Assembly (NCBI GenBank): GCA_942492965.1
Contig: OW818656.1
Span: forward strand, 1,998,360-2,062,359
Reading direction: 5' to 3'
Source of the DNA: an uncultured Alphaproteobacteria bacterium
GTDB taxonomy: Bacteria > Pseudomonadota > Alphaproteobacteria > Sphingomonadales > Sphingomonadaceae
DNA: 64,000 nt
A program made the translations under genes and the position numbers. The notes beneath the pieces were generated by a model. That model made no database searches and was not told the origin of the DNA. It saw only the letters and a list, made by a program, of their open reading frames with translations. Shown piece by piece: positions 32,896-42,808 of the stretch. Position 1 is the first letter of the stretch. Every line of letters begins with the position of its first letter.

Positions 32896-34605
32896 CTATG
32901 CCCGCTGCGCCTGCGAGGCGATATGGTTGGCGGCGATGAACGCGAAGACGGTCGCCGGGCCAAGCGTGCCGCCTGCACCGGGATAGCAGTTGCCGAACGG
33001 CGACCCGGCGCAGTTGCCGGCCGCGTAAAGCCCGGCGATCGGATCGCTGCTTTCCGCGAGCACGCGCCCTTCGGCGTCGGTCTTCAGTCCGCCCTTGGAG
33101 CCGAGGTCGCCAAGATCGATCTGCACGGCGTAGAACGGTGCCTGGTCGATTGGCCCCATGCACGGGTTCGGCCCCACGTCCGGCTTGCCGAAGAACTGGT
33201 CGAACCGGTTTTTCCCGCGCCCGAATTCCGTGTCATTGCCGCTCGCGGCGAAGCCGTTCATCCGCGCGACCGTCTCCCTGAGCGCCGCCGGATCGATGGC
33301 CATCTTGCTCGCGAGCTGCTCGATGCTGTCCGCCTTGAAGATATAGCTATCCCACCATTCGGGCGGCAGGCTGCGGTCGGGCATGATGAAATCGGGGAGG
33401 ATCGCACCGCACGCGTATTTGCGGCGAAATTTGGCATCGAAAACCATCCAACAGGGCGTGTTCGCACCGGTCGCTTTCTGGTCCGCGATCATCGCCTGGC
33501 CGAACTGGTCGTAGGAGCAGCTTTCATTGACGAAGCGGCGGCCGAGCCGGTTGACGCAAAGACTGTAGGGATGGCGGTGATCGAAGAACATCGGCTGCGC
33601 GAGGTCGAGGTTGGCGACGCTGCGCGACGGCAGCTGCATGCTGGGCGCCCACCAGTTTGCGTCCAGTGTTTCGGTCGCCGCGCCGATCCGCTTCCCCGCG
33701 ACCAACGCATCGCCGACGTTCATGTCTCGGGGAGTCAGGCTCCAGTTGCAGCGCGTCGCGACCGGCAGATATCTGTCGCGCAGCAACTGGTTCTGCTCGA
33801 ATCCGCCAGCCGTCAGGATCACGCCGTGACGCGCGCCGATTCGGTCTGTCTTGCCTTTCGACATGGTTTTGATGCCGGTCACGCGTCCGTCTTCGACGAT
33901 GAGGTCGGCAAGCGCGCAGTTGAGTATCATGGGGATGCCGCGCTCGCGCATGGCCTGCCGCAATCCGCCGACCAGTGCGCGACCCATCGTCAGCCGGCGA
34001 TCGATGGCGGTCCGGCCGCGCCATGGCCAGTCGAGCCAGTATTTCAGGATGAGTTTCGCGGCGGTCCATTGCCAGCCGAACTTGCGCGCGGCGAGTGCGA
34101 ACGATTGCTGCAGGTTCAGCGCATAACGGTCGAACAGCTTGTAGCCCGACGGGGAGGGACGCAGCAGATGAAAATCGTTCCCCAGCCTCGCGCCATCCAT
34201 CTCAACCGGGAACAACGATCGCCCCGTTGCGGCGCCCGGCGCCTCGGCGATGTAATCGGGAAAGTCGGGGATAGAGATCATCGCCACGCCGACCGCCGCC
34301 ATGTAGCGGATCATGTCGGGGCCGTTGTCGACATAGGCGGCGAGTTTGTCAGGCCGGAAGGCATCCTTGCTCACGGCGTTCAAATAGGTGAGCGCTGCCT
34401 CGCGACTGTCCTGTTTGGCGCCGATGCCGTGGCCTGGAATCCAGATGCCGCCGCCGGAGGTGGCCGACGTGCCGCCATAAAGCGATGATTTTTCGATAAC
34501 GACAGGCCGCAGGCCAAGGTCGTGCAGGCGGACGGCGGCGAGAAGGCCGGCCGCGCCGGCGCCGCATATGACAACATCGAACTCTGCCGCTCCGTCTGGC
34601 ATCAA
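32896..34605 (-). CDS. FAD-dependent dehydrogenase, 3-ketosteroid-delta1-dehydrogenase (KstD)/fumarate-reductase-flavoprotein-like
   Basis: DVVICGAGAAGL..EKSSLYGGTSATSGGGIW N-terminus and C-terminal YAAGNCAG..YPGAGGTLGPA. Confidence 0.8.
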   Translation of the reverse strand: MMPDGAAEFDVVICGAGAAGLLAAVRLHDLGLRPVVIEKSSLYGGTSATSGGGIWIPGHGIGAKQDSREAALTYLNAVSKDAFRPDKLAAYVDNGPDMIRYMAAVGVAMISIPDFPDYIAEAPGAATGRSLFPVEMDGARLGNDFHLLRPSPSGYKLFDRYALNLQQSFALAARKFGWQWTAAKLILKYWLDWPWRGRTAIDRRLTMGRALVGGLRQAMRERGIPMILNCALADLIVEDGRVTGIKTMSKGKTDRIGARHGVILTAGGFEQNQLLRDRYLPVATRCNWSLTPRDMNVGDALVAGKRIGAATETLDANWWAPSMQLPSRSVANLDLAQPMFFDHRHPYSLCVNRLGRRFVNESCSYDQFGQAMIADQKATGANTPCWMVFDAKFRRKYACGAILPDFIMPDRSLPPEWWDSYIFKADSIEQLASKMAIDPAALRETVARMNGFAASGNDTEFGRGKNRFDQFFGKPDVGPNPCMGPIDQAPFYAVQIDLGDLGSKGGLKTDAEGRVLAESSDPIAGLYAAGNCAGSPFGNCYPGAGGTLGPATVFAFIAANHIASQAQRA

Positions 34606-35378
34606 AGGCTGTAGCCCCCGTCGAGGGTGAGGGTTTGCCCCGTCACATAACGGGCCCGGTGCGAGGCGAAGAACAGGACAGCTTCGGCGACCTCTTCAGC
34701 CGTTCCCAGCCGTTTCAGTGCGGAATTGCGTTTCGCCGCCTCGATATAAGCGTCGTCGTAGGCGACGCCGATCAGCTTGCGGAACAGCCCGGCATCGATC
34801 AGCCCCAGCGCGACCGTGTTGGCACGAATGCGGTTCCGGCCCTCCTCGCGGGCGATTCCCGTCATCAGGGCGCCGATGGCCGCCTTCGGGATGACCGAAA
34901 GCGCATCCTTCGCGGGCCAGCGCAGCAGCCCGGTGGTGCTGATGGTCACGAAGCTGCCGCCCGCCTGACGCATATGCGGCAACAGCGCCTGCACGACGTT
35001 GAAAAAGCCGTTGGTGTCGGCGTCCATCACCTGCCGGAATTCCTCGGGGCCGATGTCGCCGATGAACTTCATCGCGATGTGCGAACCGCTGGCATTGACC
35101 AGCGTGTGCACGCGTCCATGCGCCGCGATGATCCGGGCGCAGGTGTCGGCAACCTGGGCACCATCTTCTATCGCGAGCGGATAGGCCGAAGCGGCGCGGC
35201 CAAAGCCCCGAACGGTCGCGACGACCGCGCTGGCCGCCGCCTCGTTGCTGCGATAGGTCAGCACGACATCGGTGCCGGCGGCCGCCAGCTTTTCGCAGAT
35301 CGCGCTGCCGATGCCGCCGCTGCCGCCAATGACCAGCGCCACGCCGTCGCCATCGGGAAAGTCCGGGGACGCCGTCAT
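34602..35378 (-). CDS. Short-chain dehydrogenase/reductase
   Basis: VIGGSGGIGSA Rossmann motif, C-terminal GQTLTLDGGYSL. ATGA overlap with the upstream ACAD. The 584-aa ORF in the track is read-through of a stop-free frame. Confidence 0.85.
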   Translation of the reverse strand: MTASPDFPDGDGVALVIGGSGGIGSAICEKLAAAGTDVVLTYRSNEAAASAVVATVRGFGRAASAYPLAIEDGAQVADTCARIIAAHGRVHTLVNASGSHIAMKFIGDIGPEEFRQVMDADTNGFFNVVQALLPHMRQAGGSFVTISTTGLLRWPAKDALSVIPKAAIGALMTGIAREEGRNRIRANTVALGLIDAGLFRKLIGVAYDDAYIEAAKRNSALKRLGTAEEVAEAVLFFASHRARYVTGQTLTLDGGYSL

Positions 35379-36535
35379 CAAAAGCTCCTCGAGATGATTT
35401 CTTTCATGATCTCGTTGGTGCCGCCGTAGATCATCTGCGCCCGCGCGTCGGTCCAGGCGCGCGCGACAGGATATTCGAGCATGTAGCCATAGCCGCCATG
35501 CAGCTGGACGCATTCGTCGAGAACGCGGTTCTGGAGTTCGGTGCACCACCATTTCGCCATCGCCGACGCTTCGGCGTTCAGCGCCCCGGCGCAGGCGAGA
35601 TCGATGCAGCGGTCGATATAGACGCGCGCGATCTGCGTCTTCGTCTTGCATTCGGCGAGCTTGAACTTGGTGTTCTGGAAGTCGATCAGTTTCTTGCCGA
35701 AGGCTTCGCGCGACTTGGTGTAGTCGATGGTCGATTCCAGCGCGACCTCGCAGCCCGCGACCGCGCGGATCGCGATCATCAGCCGCTCCCACGCCAGTTC
35801 CTGCATCAGGTATCGCAGCCCCTCGCCCTGCCGTCCCAGCAGGTTGCTCCTCGGAACGCGGACGCTGTCGAAAAACAGCTCGGCAGCGTCCTGTGCCTTT
35901 TGGCCGACCTTGTCGAGCGGCAGGCTTTTCGACACGCCTTCGCGCGTCGCCTCGACGAGAAACAGCGACAGGCCGCCCGATCCATCCTCTTGCTCGGTCT
36001 TGGCCGCGACGATGATGAGGTCGGTGATGTAGCCGTTGGTGATGAAGGTCTTGGAGCCGTTGATCAGATAATCGTCGCCGTCGAGGACTGCGCGGGTTGA
36101 AATGGCCCGCAGGTCCGATCCGCCGCGCGGCTCGGTCATCGCCAGCGAGCCGATGACTTCGCCGCGCGCCATGCGGGGCAGCCATTCGCTCTTTTGCGCC
36201 TCGGTGCCGAATCGCTCGATATAGCCCGCGACGATCTCCGAATGCATGACAAAGCCCGGCCCTGCCGCATTGGCGCGCTGCTGTTCCTCGATCAGCACCG
36301 CGCTGTACTTGCGGTCGGCCCCGGCGCCGCCGTACTGCTCCGGCGTCGTCACGCACAGGAAGCCGTGCTTGCCAGCCTCCAGCCAGACGTCGCGATCAGT
36401 GTGGCACTGCTTGTTCCAGCGATCGAGGTTCGGGATGACATTGTCCTGCATGAACCGGCGCACATTGGTGCGAAACAGCTCGTGCTCTTCGGCGAAGAGG
36501 GTTCGATCGATGGGCAGAAAATCCATGCCGGCCAC
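35378..36535 (-). CDS. Acyl-CoA dehydrogenase
   Basis: Full three-domain ACAD (LAMTEPRGGSDL, FITNG, QLHGGYGYMLEYPVARAWTDAR, IYGGTNEIM). Confidence 0.9.
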   Translation of the reverse strand: MAGMDFLPIDRTLFAEEHELFRTNVRRFMQDNVIPNLDRWNKQCHTDRDVWLEAGKHGFLCVTTPEQYGGAGADRKYSAVLIEEQQRANAAGPGFVMHSEIVAGYIERFGTEAQKSEWLPRMARGEVIGSLAMTEPRGGSDLRAISTRAVLDGDDYLINGSKTFITNGYITDLIIVAAKTEQEDGSGGLSLFLVEATREGVSKSLPLDKVGQKAQDAAELFFDSVRVPRSNLLGRQGEGLRYLMQELAWERLMIAIRAVAGCEVALESTIDYTKSREAFGKKLIDFQNTKFKLAECKTKTQIARVYIDRCIDLACAGALNAEASAMAKWWCTELQNRVLDECVQLHGGYGYMLEYPVARAWTDARAQMIYGGTNEIMKEIISRSF

Positions 36536-36599
36536 TGAATATCCCTCAAATCAACCATCTGCGGAAAAAACGATGTCCGACCGCTACATCCCGATGGCG

Positions 36600-36614
36600 C
36601 TCAACTTGAACTCG
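36600..36614 (-). promoter_or_regulatory. Cluster box CGAGTTCAAGTTGAG (sense on minus strand)
   Basis: One of 10 related 15-mers. It lies ~65 nt upstream of the ACAD start at 36535. Confidence 0.5.
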
Positions 36615-36653
36615 TTTTCGATAGGCTTTGACTCATTTCCAGGCACCGCCTCG

Positions 36654-37811
36654 TCAGTTCCTGAGCACCAGCGCGCCGTTGGGAGTCGTGTCGCAGGAGG
36701 TGACGAGGCAGGTCGATGCGCCCTCGATCTGCGTCAATGCCTCACCGCGCAATTGCTTCACAGCTTCGCTCATCAGGTTCATGCCATGCAGGTAGACTTC
36801 AGCCAGGCTGCCGCCCGACGTGTTGACCGGCAGGCGCCCGCCCGGCCGCAGCGTCCCGTTCGCGATGAAGTCCCCGGCCTCGCCCCGGCCGCAAAACCCA
36901 TAGGCTTCGAGGCTGAACAGAACGAGCGGCGAAAAGGCATCGTAGATCTGCGCGACATCGATGTCAGCGGCCTTGATGTCGGATTGGCGCCACAGGTTCG
37001 CGGCGCAGGTCCACGATGAGCTGCGCAGCGGATCGGCGCTGTGATAATCGGTCATCAGCTGGTGCTGCGGTTTCATGCCCTGCGAAAAGGCGTGGATATG
37101 CACGGGCGGCTTCCGGCAATCCGCCGCCCGATCGCTGCGCACGAGCACGAGCGCGATGGCGCCGTCGCTTTCAAGGCAATTGTCGAACAAGCACAGGGGA
37201 TCGGAGATCATCCGCGCGCTTAGATAGTCCTCCATCGACAGCGGCCGTGCGCCCATAAGCGCCCTGGGATTGTTATGCGCATAGGCGCGCATGGACAGCG
37301 CCACTTCGGCCAGTTGCTCGTGCGTCACCCCATAATCATGCATGTAGCGCCGCGTCAGCACGGCGACTTCGTCGACGGGGCGGAGCAGGCCCTGCGGCCG
37401 CGTCCATTTCCAGTGGTCGTCGACGGAGGCGCGAACGCCTGCCCACAGCCGCTTGGAAGGGTCGCCGCGTTTGCGCGAACGCCACACCACGCCGACGTTG
37501 GCAACACCTGCGGCGATCGCCAGCGCGAGCTGGCCGACCGCGCCGCAACCTGCGCCGCCGCCGTGCGGCGATTGCGACAGGAAGTGCACCCCGCCCATGC
37601 CCACGCTGCGCGCGATCTCGAACTCGGGTGTCTGTTCATAGGTATAGCACGACAGCGCATCGACTTCGCTGGGCTGAATGCCCGCATCGTCGAGCGCCGC
37701 CTTGATCGCGCGGCAAGCCAGCAGGAATTCGGACTCCTCCAGGCGCCTCGCGAATTCGGTTTCGCCGATCCCGACGATCGCGGTCTGGTCTTTCAGCATC
37801 ATGGTCTCCAC
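36654..37811 (-). CDS. SCP-x / lipid-transfer-type thiolase-family protein
   Basis: AIVGIGETEF.. N-terminus and thiolase fold length, with a C-terminal NTSGG-containing region (VNTSGGSLAE). Confidence 0.8.
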   Translation of the reverse strand: METMMLKDQTAIVGIGETEFARRLEESEFLLACRAIKAALDDAGIQPSEVDALSCYTYEQTPEFEIARSVGMGGVHFLSQSPHGGGAGCGAVGQLALAIAAGVANVGVVWRSRKRGDPSKRLWAGVRASVDDHWKWTRPQGLLRPVDEVAVLTRRYMHDYGVTHEQLAEVALSMRAYAHNNPRALMGARPLSMEDYLSARMISDPLCLFDNCLESDGAIALVLVRSDRAADCRKPPVHIHAFSQGMKPQHQLMTDYHSADPLRSSSWTCAANLWRQSDIKAADIDVAQIYDAFSPLVLFSLEAYGFCGRGEAGDFIANGTLRPGGRLPVNTSGGSLAEVYLHGMNLMSEAVKQLRGEALTQIEGASTCLVTSCDTTPNGALVLRN

Positions 37812-37817
37812 GTCGCG

Positions 37818-40800
37818 CTATTCGGCCGGCACCAGCAGCTCGGCCCGGGATGCCGTGGCATAGCGTTCCCGTAGCGCCGCCAGATGCGCGCGCGCCTTCG
37901 CGAGGCTCTCGTCCTTCACGACATCATAGCCGCGGATCAGTTCGGGATAGGACGCGATCTCCACCGCGATATCGTAAGTCGCGGGCGTCATGTCCTTCAG
38001 CAGATCGTCGATCATCGCTTCATACTCGGCGATCAGCGCACGTTCCGCGCGGCGATGCGCGTCGTATCCGAACGGGTCGAGCGGCGTTCCGCGAAGGAAT
38101 TTCAGCCGCGCGAGGATCATATAGAGCAGCATCGTGCCCCGACCGAACGTCCGCTTGGGATAGCGGCCGGTGCGCTTGTCGCGCCGCTGCAGGATCGGCG
38201 GCGCCATATGGAACTCAAGCCGCAGGTCGCCCTCGAATTCCTGTTTCAGCGCTTCAAGGAAGCTGCCGTCGCTGTATAGCCGGGCAACCTCATACTCGTC
38301 CTTGATCGCCATCAGCTTGAAGGCGTAGCGCGCGACCGCTTTGGTCAGCGCCTGTGTCTTGCCGACACGCGCGTCGGCCCGGCGGACGCGCTCGATCAAC
38401 GCACGATATCGGTCCGCATAGGCGCCGTTCTGATAGCGCGCCAGCTCATCCGCCAGCCGCGCGGCGAGCGTGTCGGCATCCTCCGTCTGCAAGACTTCGT
38501 CGGACACGCCCTGGCCAAAGGCCATCGCTTCGACCGCAGGAAGATCCGCTGCGGCGAGCCGCCCCCAGGTGAGGGCGGCCGTGTTCATTTCGACGCTGAC
38601 GCCATTCAGCTCGATGGCCCGCAGCAGCGCGGCGAGGCCGACTGGCAGCCAGCCCTTCTGCATGGCGTAGCCGACGAGGAAGAGGTTTGTGGCCACCTCA
38701 TTGCCAAGCAATGCATAGGCAAGGCGGCCCGCGTTGACGAATTCGGCATGGTCATCGCCCAGCAGGCCGCGAATGCCCGCCATCATCCCCTCGGCGGTCA
38801 GGTTGAGATCGGGATTTCTCGCGAAGGCCGATGTCGGCATGACGCGCGTGTTCACGACCGCCCGGCTTTTGCCGGCGATCATTTTCGACATGACGTCCTG
38901 CCCCGTGGTCACGACGATGTCGCAGCCCAGAACGACATCGGCGGCAACGATGCGGGTCGCGTGCAGCTGCTCCGGCAGGGCGGCGATCCGCACATGGCTG
39001 GTGACGGGGCCGTTGCGCTGCGCGAGTCCGGCAACATCAAGGACGGAGCATCCCTTGCCTTCGAGATGCGCGGCCATGCCCAGCAGCGCGCCGATGGTCA
39101 CGACACCGGCGCCGCCAATTCCGGTCACCAGCAGGCTGAACGGCTGCTCGCACGCCGCGACCTCGGGCTCCGGAAGGCGCGCGGCGCATTCAGCCGCCTC
39201 GGCGGGCAGTGCCGCGCCGTGTCCGGCCGTGCGTTTGCGCGGTGTGCCCCCGTGCACGGTGACGAAGCTGGGGCAATAGCCCTTCTTGCACGAGAAGTCC
39301 TTGTTGCAGGCGGACTGGTTGATGCGCCGCTTGCGGCCGAAGGCGGTTTCGACGGGTTCGATGGCGATGCAATTCGATTGCACGCCGCAATCGCCGCAGC
39401 CTTCGCAGACGCGCGGATTGATGAAGATGCGCCGGTCGGGATCGACGGCGGAACCGCGCTTGCGGCGGCGGCGCAGTTCGGTTGCGCAGAACTGCTCATA
39501 GACGATGATCGAGACGCCCTCGATCTCGCGCAGTTCCTTCTGCACATCGTCCAGCCTGTCACGGTGGTGGATGGTGACGCCGGGCGCGAAGGCGTAACCT
39601 TCGGCATATTTCTCGATATTGTCGCTGACCACCGCGATCCGGCGGATGCCCTCGGCATGGACCTGCCGCGTCAGTTCGTCGACGCGCACATTGCCTTCGA
39701 TCTGCTGACCACCGGTCATGGCGATCGCGTCGTTGACGAGGATTTTGTAGGTGATGTTCACGCCTGCGGCGACCGCGGCGCGGATCGCCAGAAGGCCCGA
39801 ATGATAATAGGTGCCGTCGCCCAGATTCTGGAAGATGTGCTTGCGTTCGGTGAAGGGCGAAAGGCCGATCCAAGGCGCGCCTTCGCCGCCCATCTGGAAC
39901 AATGTCGGCGTGTTGCGCTCGGGCAGGAAGGTCGCCATGCCGTGACAGCCGATACCGCCGAACGCCACACTGCCTTCCGGCACCTTCGTCGACGTGTTGT
40001 GCGGGCACCCCGCGCAGAAGATGGGCAGTCGCATGAGTCCGCCGCCCGTCGCGGCACCCGCCACGGCAGGGGCGGCAACGGGCAGCGCCGCGCTGCCCAG
40101 TCGTGTCAGGACTGCCCGGATGATTCCCGATAGCGCCGCCGCATTCAACTCGGCCTCGGCGGGGATCAGCGGCGCACCCCGTTCATCCTGCTTGCCCAGA
40201 AGGAGGGGCGCTTCCTTGTCGTTGACGAACAGGCTGGCGAGCTGCGTCTCGATCACCGGCCGCTTTTCTTCCACGACGAGGATCGCCCGATAGGCGCGGG
40301 CGAATTCGGAGATCAGGTCGGGCTCCAGCGGCCACGGCATGGCGACCTTGAAAACGCCGACGCCGATCGCGCGGCATCGGTCGTCATCGAGCCCGATTTC
40401 CTCCAGCGCCTGCATCACATCGAGATGCGCCTTGCCCGTCGTGACGATGCCGACCAGGCCGGCCTCGCCCTGGATGACGGCCCTGTGAATGACGGCCCTG
40501 TTCAGCCGGTTCGCCTTCACGAACGTCTTCACTGCGGGAATCCGCTGCTGATAGTGGCGCTGCTCGACCATCACGGGGTGGATGCCCCAGCCGACATTCA
40601 GCCCGTTTTCCGGCAGGCCCGGGATGTCGGGCAGGGTGATTTCGACCTGATCGCCCGCAATGTTGACAGACGCCGAACTCTCGATCGTGTCGGTTACGCA
40701 TTTCATGCCGATCCAGCAGCCCGAAAAGCGCGACAGGGCGATACCGCAGAGCCCGTAATCCAGATAATCCTGAACCGTGGCGGGATTGAAATAGGGCATG

Positions 40801-41324
40801 CCGTAATGGATGAAGGCATGGTCGCTCTGGTGCGCGACAGTTGAGGATTTCGCGCCGTGGTCGTCTCCGGCCAGCACGAGGACGCCGCCATGCTTCGACG
40901 ATCCGGCATAGCTGCCGTGCTTCAGTGCATCGCCGGCGCGGTCGACGCCCGGCCCCTTGCCATACCAGAGTGCGAACACGCCGTCATAGCGGGCCTCGCC
41001 GAACAGGTCAGTCTGCTGCGACCCCCACACGGCGGTCGCTCCCAGCTCCTCGTTGATTCCCGGTTGGAAGACGATGTGGTGCGCGTCGAGATCGCGCTTC
41101 GCGGCCTTCAGCGCCGTGTCATAGCCGCCAAGCGGCGATCCGGTGTAACCCGATATGAAACCGGCGGTGTTGAGCCCGTTCGCGAGGTCGCGGCTGCGCT
41201 GCATCATCGGCAGGCGCACGAGCGCCTGCGAGCCCGACAGGTAAACGCGGCCATTGGTTTTCCGATAGCGGTCGTTCAGCGCATAATCGCGCAGGCCCGG
41301 TGCCGTTTTTTCAGGCGTTGTCAT
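37818..41324 (-). CDS. Fused indolepyruvate/2-oxoacid:ferredoxin oxidoreductase family protein (~1168 aa)
   Basis: GYTGSPLGGYD, GGEGAPWIG, and Cys clusters CEGCGDCGVQSNC and CNKDFSCKKGYCPSF. ATG 41324 overlaps the DUF35 stop (ATGA). Confidence 0.85.
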   Translation of the reverse strand: MTTPEKTAPGLRDYALNDRYRKTNGRVYLSGSQALVRLPMMQRSRDLANGLNTAGFISGYTGSPLGGYDTALKAAKRDLDAHHIVFQPGINEELGATAVWGSQQTDLFGEARYDGVFALWYGKGPGVDRAGDALKHGSYAGSSKHGGVLVLAGDDHGAKSSTVAHQSDHAFIHYGMPYFNPATVQDYLDYGLCGIALSRFSGCWIGMKCVTDTIESSASVNIAGDQVEITLPDIPGLPENGLNVGWGIHPVMVEQRHYQQRIPAVKTFVKANRLNRAVIHRAVIQGEAGLVGIVTTGKAHLDVMQALEEIGLDDDRCRAIGVGVFKVAMPWPLEPDLISEFARAYRAILVVEEKRPVIETQLASLFVNDKEAPLLLGKQDERGAPLIPAEAELNAAALSGIIRAVLTRLGSAALPVAAPAVAGAATGGGLMRLPIFCAGCPHNTSTKVPEGSVAFGGIGCHGMATFLPERNTPTLFQMGGEGAPWIGLSPFTERKHIFQNLGDGTYYHSGLLAIRAAVAAGVNITYKILVNDAIAMTGGQQIEGNVRVDELTRQVHAEGIRRIAVVSDNIEKYAEGYAFAPGVTIHHRDRLDDVQKELREIEGVSIIVYEQFCATELRRRRKRGSAVDPDRRIFINPRVCEGCGDCGVQSNCIAIEPVETAFGRKRRINQSACNKDFSCKKGYCPSFVTVHGGTPRKRTAGHGAALPAEAAECAARLPEPEVAACEQPFSLLVTGIGGAGVVTIGALLGMAAHLEGKGCSVLDVAGLAQRNGPVTSHVRIAALPEQLHATRIVAADVVLGCDIVVTTGQDVMSKMIAGKSRAVVNTRVMPTSAFARNPDLNLTAEGMMAGIRGLLGDDHAEFVNAGRLAYALLGNEVATNLFLVGYAMQKGWLPVGLAALLRAIELNGVSVEMNTAALTWGRLAAADLPAVEAMAFGQGVSDEVLQTEDADTLAARLADELARYQNGAYADRYRALIERVRRADARVGKTQALTKAVARYAFKLMAIKDEYEVARLYSDGSFLEALKQEFEGDLRLEFHMAPPILQRRDKRTGRYPKRTFGRGTMLLYMILARLKFLRGTPLDPFGYDAHRRAERALIAEYEAMIDDLLKDMTPATYDIAVEIASYPELIRGYDVVKDESLAKARAHLAALRERYATASRAELLVPAE

Positions 41325-41791
41325 TGCGTTTTCCCGAAATTCCGTCCGGTCTGAATGCCCAGACACCAGAAGGGCAGCGCGCAGTCCTCCGACACCTTCC
41401 GGAACAGCAGCCGAACCGGCTGTCCGATCGCGACGTCGGCGGCGGTGAGGCCGGTCACGCTGCCTGCGTCGTCGGCGACGGCCATGCCCGCGATGCGGAT
41501 CGCGGGATGCGTGCCCAGCGCGCCAATGATGGTCACATAGGGCGCCATCGCCTCGAACGCTGGCAGCAGAGGGAGCGCGGGGCAGGCGAAAGACCAGACG
41601 GTCCCTTCGGGTGCGACCTCGTTCCAGATGCTGTCCTCAGACTGGCAGTGCGGGCACATCGGGCGCGGTGGAAACCGCATCTCTCCGCAAGCGTCGCAGG
41701 TCTGGACGACAAGCCGGCCTTCGAGCGCGTTTGTCCAGAACTCCCGGTCGAGCGGATTGTCGGTCGCCGGCAGGGGCAGCGTCTCGATCAT
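41321..41791 (-). CDS. DUF35 Zn-ribbon/OB-fold protein
   Basis: CDACGEMRFPPRPMCPHC rubredoxin-like knuckle followed by an OB-like C-terminus. Confidence 0.75.
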   Translation of the reverse strand: MIETLPLPATDNPLDREFWTNALEGRLVVQTCDACGEMRFPPRPMCPHCQSEDSIWNEVAPEGTVWSFACPALPLLPAFEAMAPYVTIIGALGTHPAIRIAGMAVADDAGSVTGLTAADVAIGQPVRLLFRKVSEDCALPFWCLGIQTGRNFGKTQ

Positions 41792-42579
41792 CGCGCAGGG
41801 CCTTCGCCGCTATAGGGCGCCCAGCGCGGCGCGCGCTTTTCCGAAAAGGCGCGAACGCCCTCGGCAAAATCGTGCGACTGGTTGTGCGCGACGATGGCGT
41901 TCCAGCCAAAATCGGCCGCGTCGTGCAGTCCCCGCTCCTTGGCGCCCCAGATTGCCCGCTTGGTGTGCGCCATCGCGCTCGGCGAGTTCCGCCGGATCCG
42001 GTCCGCAAGGCCATGGGCACGCGCGGTCAGCTCCGCATGGGGGCAAAGCGCGTCCACCATGCCCAGGCGAAAGGCGTCGTCCGCGCCGATCGTCTCGCCG
42101 CGTCCGCCCAGCGCCATGCGCAGCACCGCACCCATCGGCATGCGCCGGGCGAGCACCGCCGTTTCCAGCGCCGATATGAGGCCGACGCTCACATGCGTAT
42201 CCGAAAATTCGGCGTGATCGCACGCCAGCACGATGTCGCACTCGGCGACAAAGTGCAGGCCGCCGCCGATAACCGCGCCGTTCACCGCGCAGATCACTGG
42301 CTTCCACACATTGTTCTGAAGCGGCGTCCAGCGGATCGATTCAAGGGTCGGCCGCCCGGATTGATCGACGATCATTTCGGGAAGGTCGGTGAGGTCGGCG
42401 CCGCTGCAAAAGGCCTTCTCGCCCACCCCCGTCAGGATCGCGACGATCGCGGACGGATCGGCATCGAACGCCCGCCACGCCGCCGGCAGTTCCCGGCTCA
42501 TCACGCTGTTCACGGCGTTCAGCCGCTGCGGCCGGTCAAGTTCGATAACCGCCACGCCGTCTGCGACCCGGTATTTCAA
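41788..42579 (-). CDS. Enoyl-CoA hydratase/isomerase (crotonase fold)
   Basis: VAVIELDRPQRLNAV and GVGEKAFCSGADL motifs. Confidence 0.85.
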   Translation of the reverse strand: MKYRVADGVAVIELDRPQRLNAVNSVMSRELPAAWRAFDADPSAIVAILTGVGEKAFCSGADLTDLPEMIVDQSGRPTLESIRWTPLQNNVWKPVICAVNGAVIGGGLHFVAECDIVLACDHAEFSDTHVSVGLISALETAVLARRMPMGAVLRMALGGRGETIGADDAFRLGMVDALCPHAELTARAHGLADRIRRNSPSAMAHTKRAIWGAKERGLHDAADFGWNAIVAHNQSHDFAEGVRAFSEKRAPRWAPYSGEGPAR

Positions 42580-42674
42580 AGTCTCGAAGCGAATGTCCTG
42601 TTCCTCTTCCGAAATCCCGGCCGCACGGGCGCGCTTCGCGGATCATCCGGGGGAGGTTATGGAGGGTGCGACAA

Positions 42675-42730
42675 CTCAACATAAACTCGCATTCCCGCCC
42701 CTTCGCGAGCGAAAGCGAGTTTATGTTGAG
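42675..42730. promoter_or_regulatory. Perfect 16-bp inverted pair of the cluster box in a divergent promoter region
   Basis: CTCAACATAAACTCGC-N24-GCGAGTTTATGTTGAG, between the ECH start (42579, minus) and the FAD dehydrogenase start (42809, plus). Confidence 0.6.
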
Positions 42731-42808
42731 GCGGCCCGGACGTCTTTTCCGCAGTGTTTGCAGGGTCGATCGGCTTGCCGCAAACATGTGGAGTGACAGC
42801 GGAGAACC

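Noticed and set aside
34602-36356. A 584-aa ORF that appears to fuse an upstream region to the SDR.
   Set aside because: Only the C-terminal 258 aa (from ATG 35378) are SDR-like. The upstream part is an out-of-frame overlap of the acyl-CoA dehydrogenase gene, which has the convincing reading frame there.
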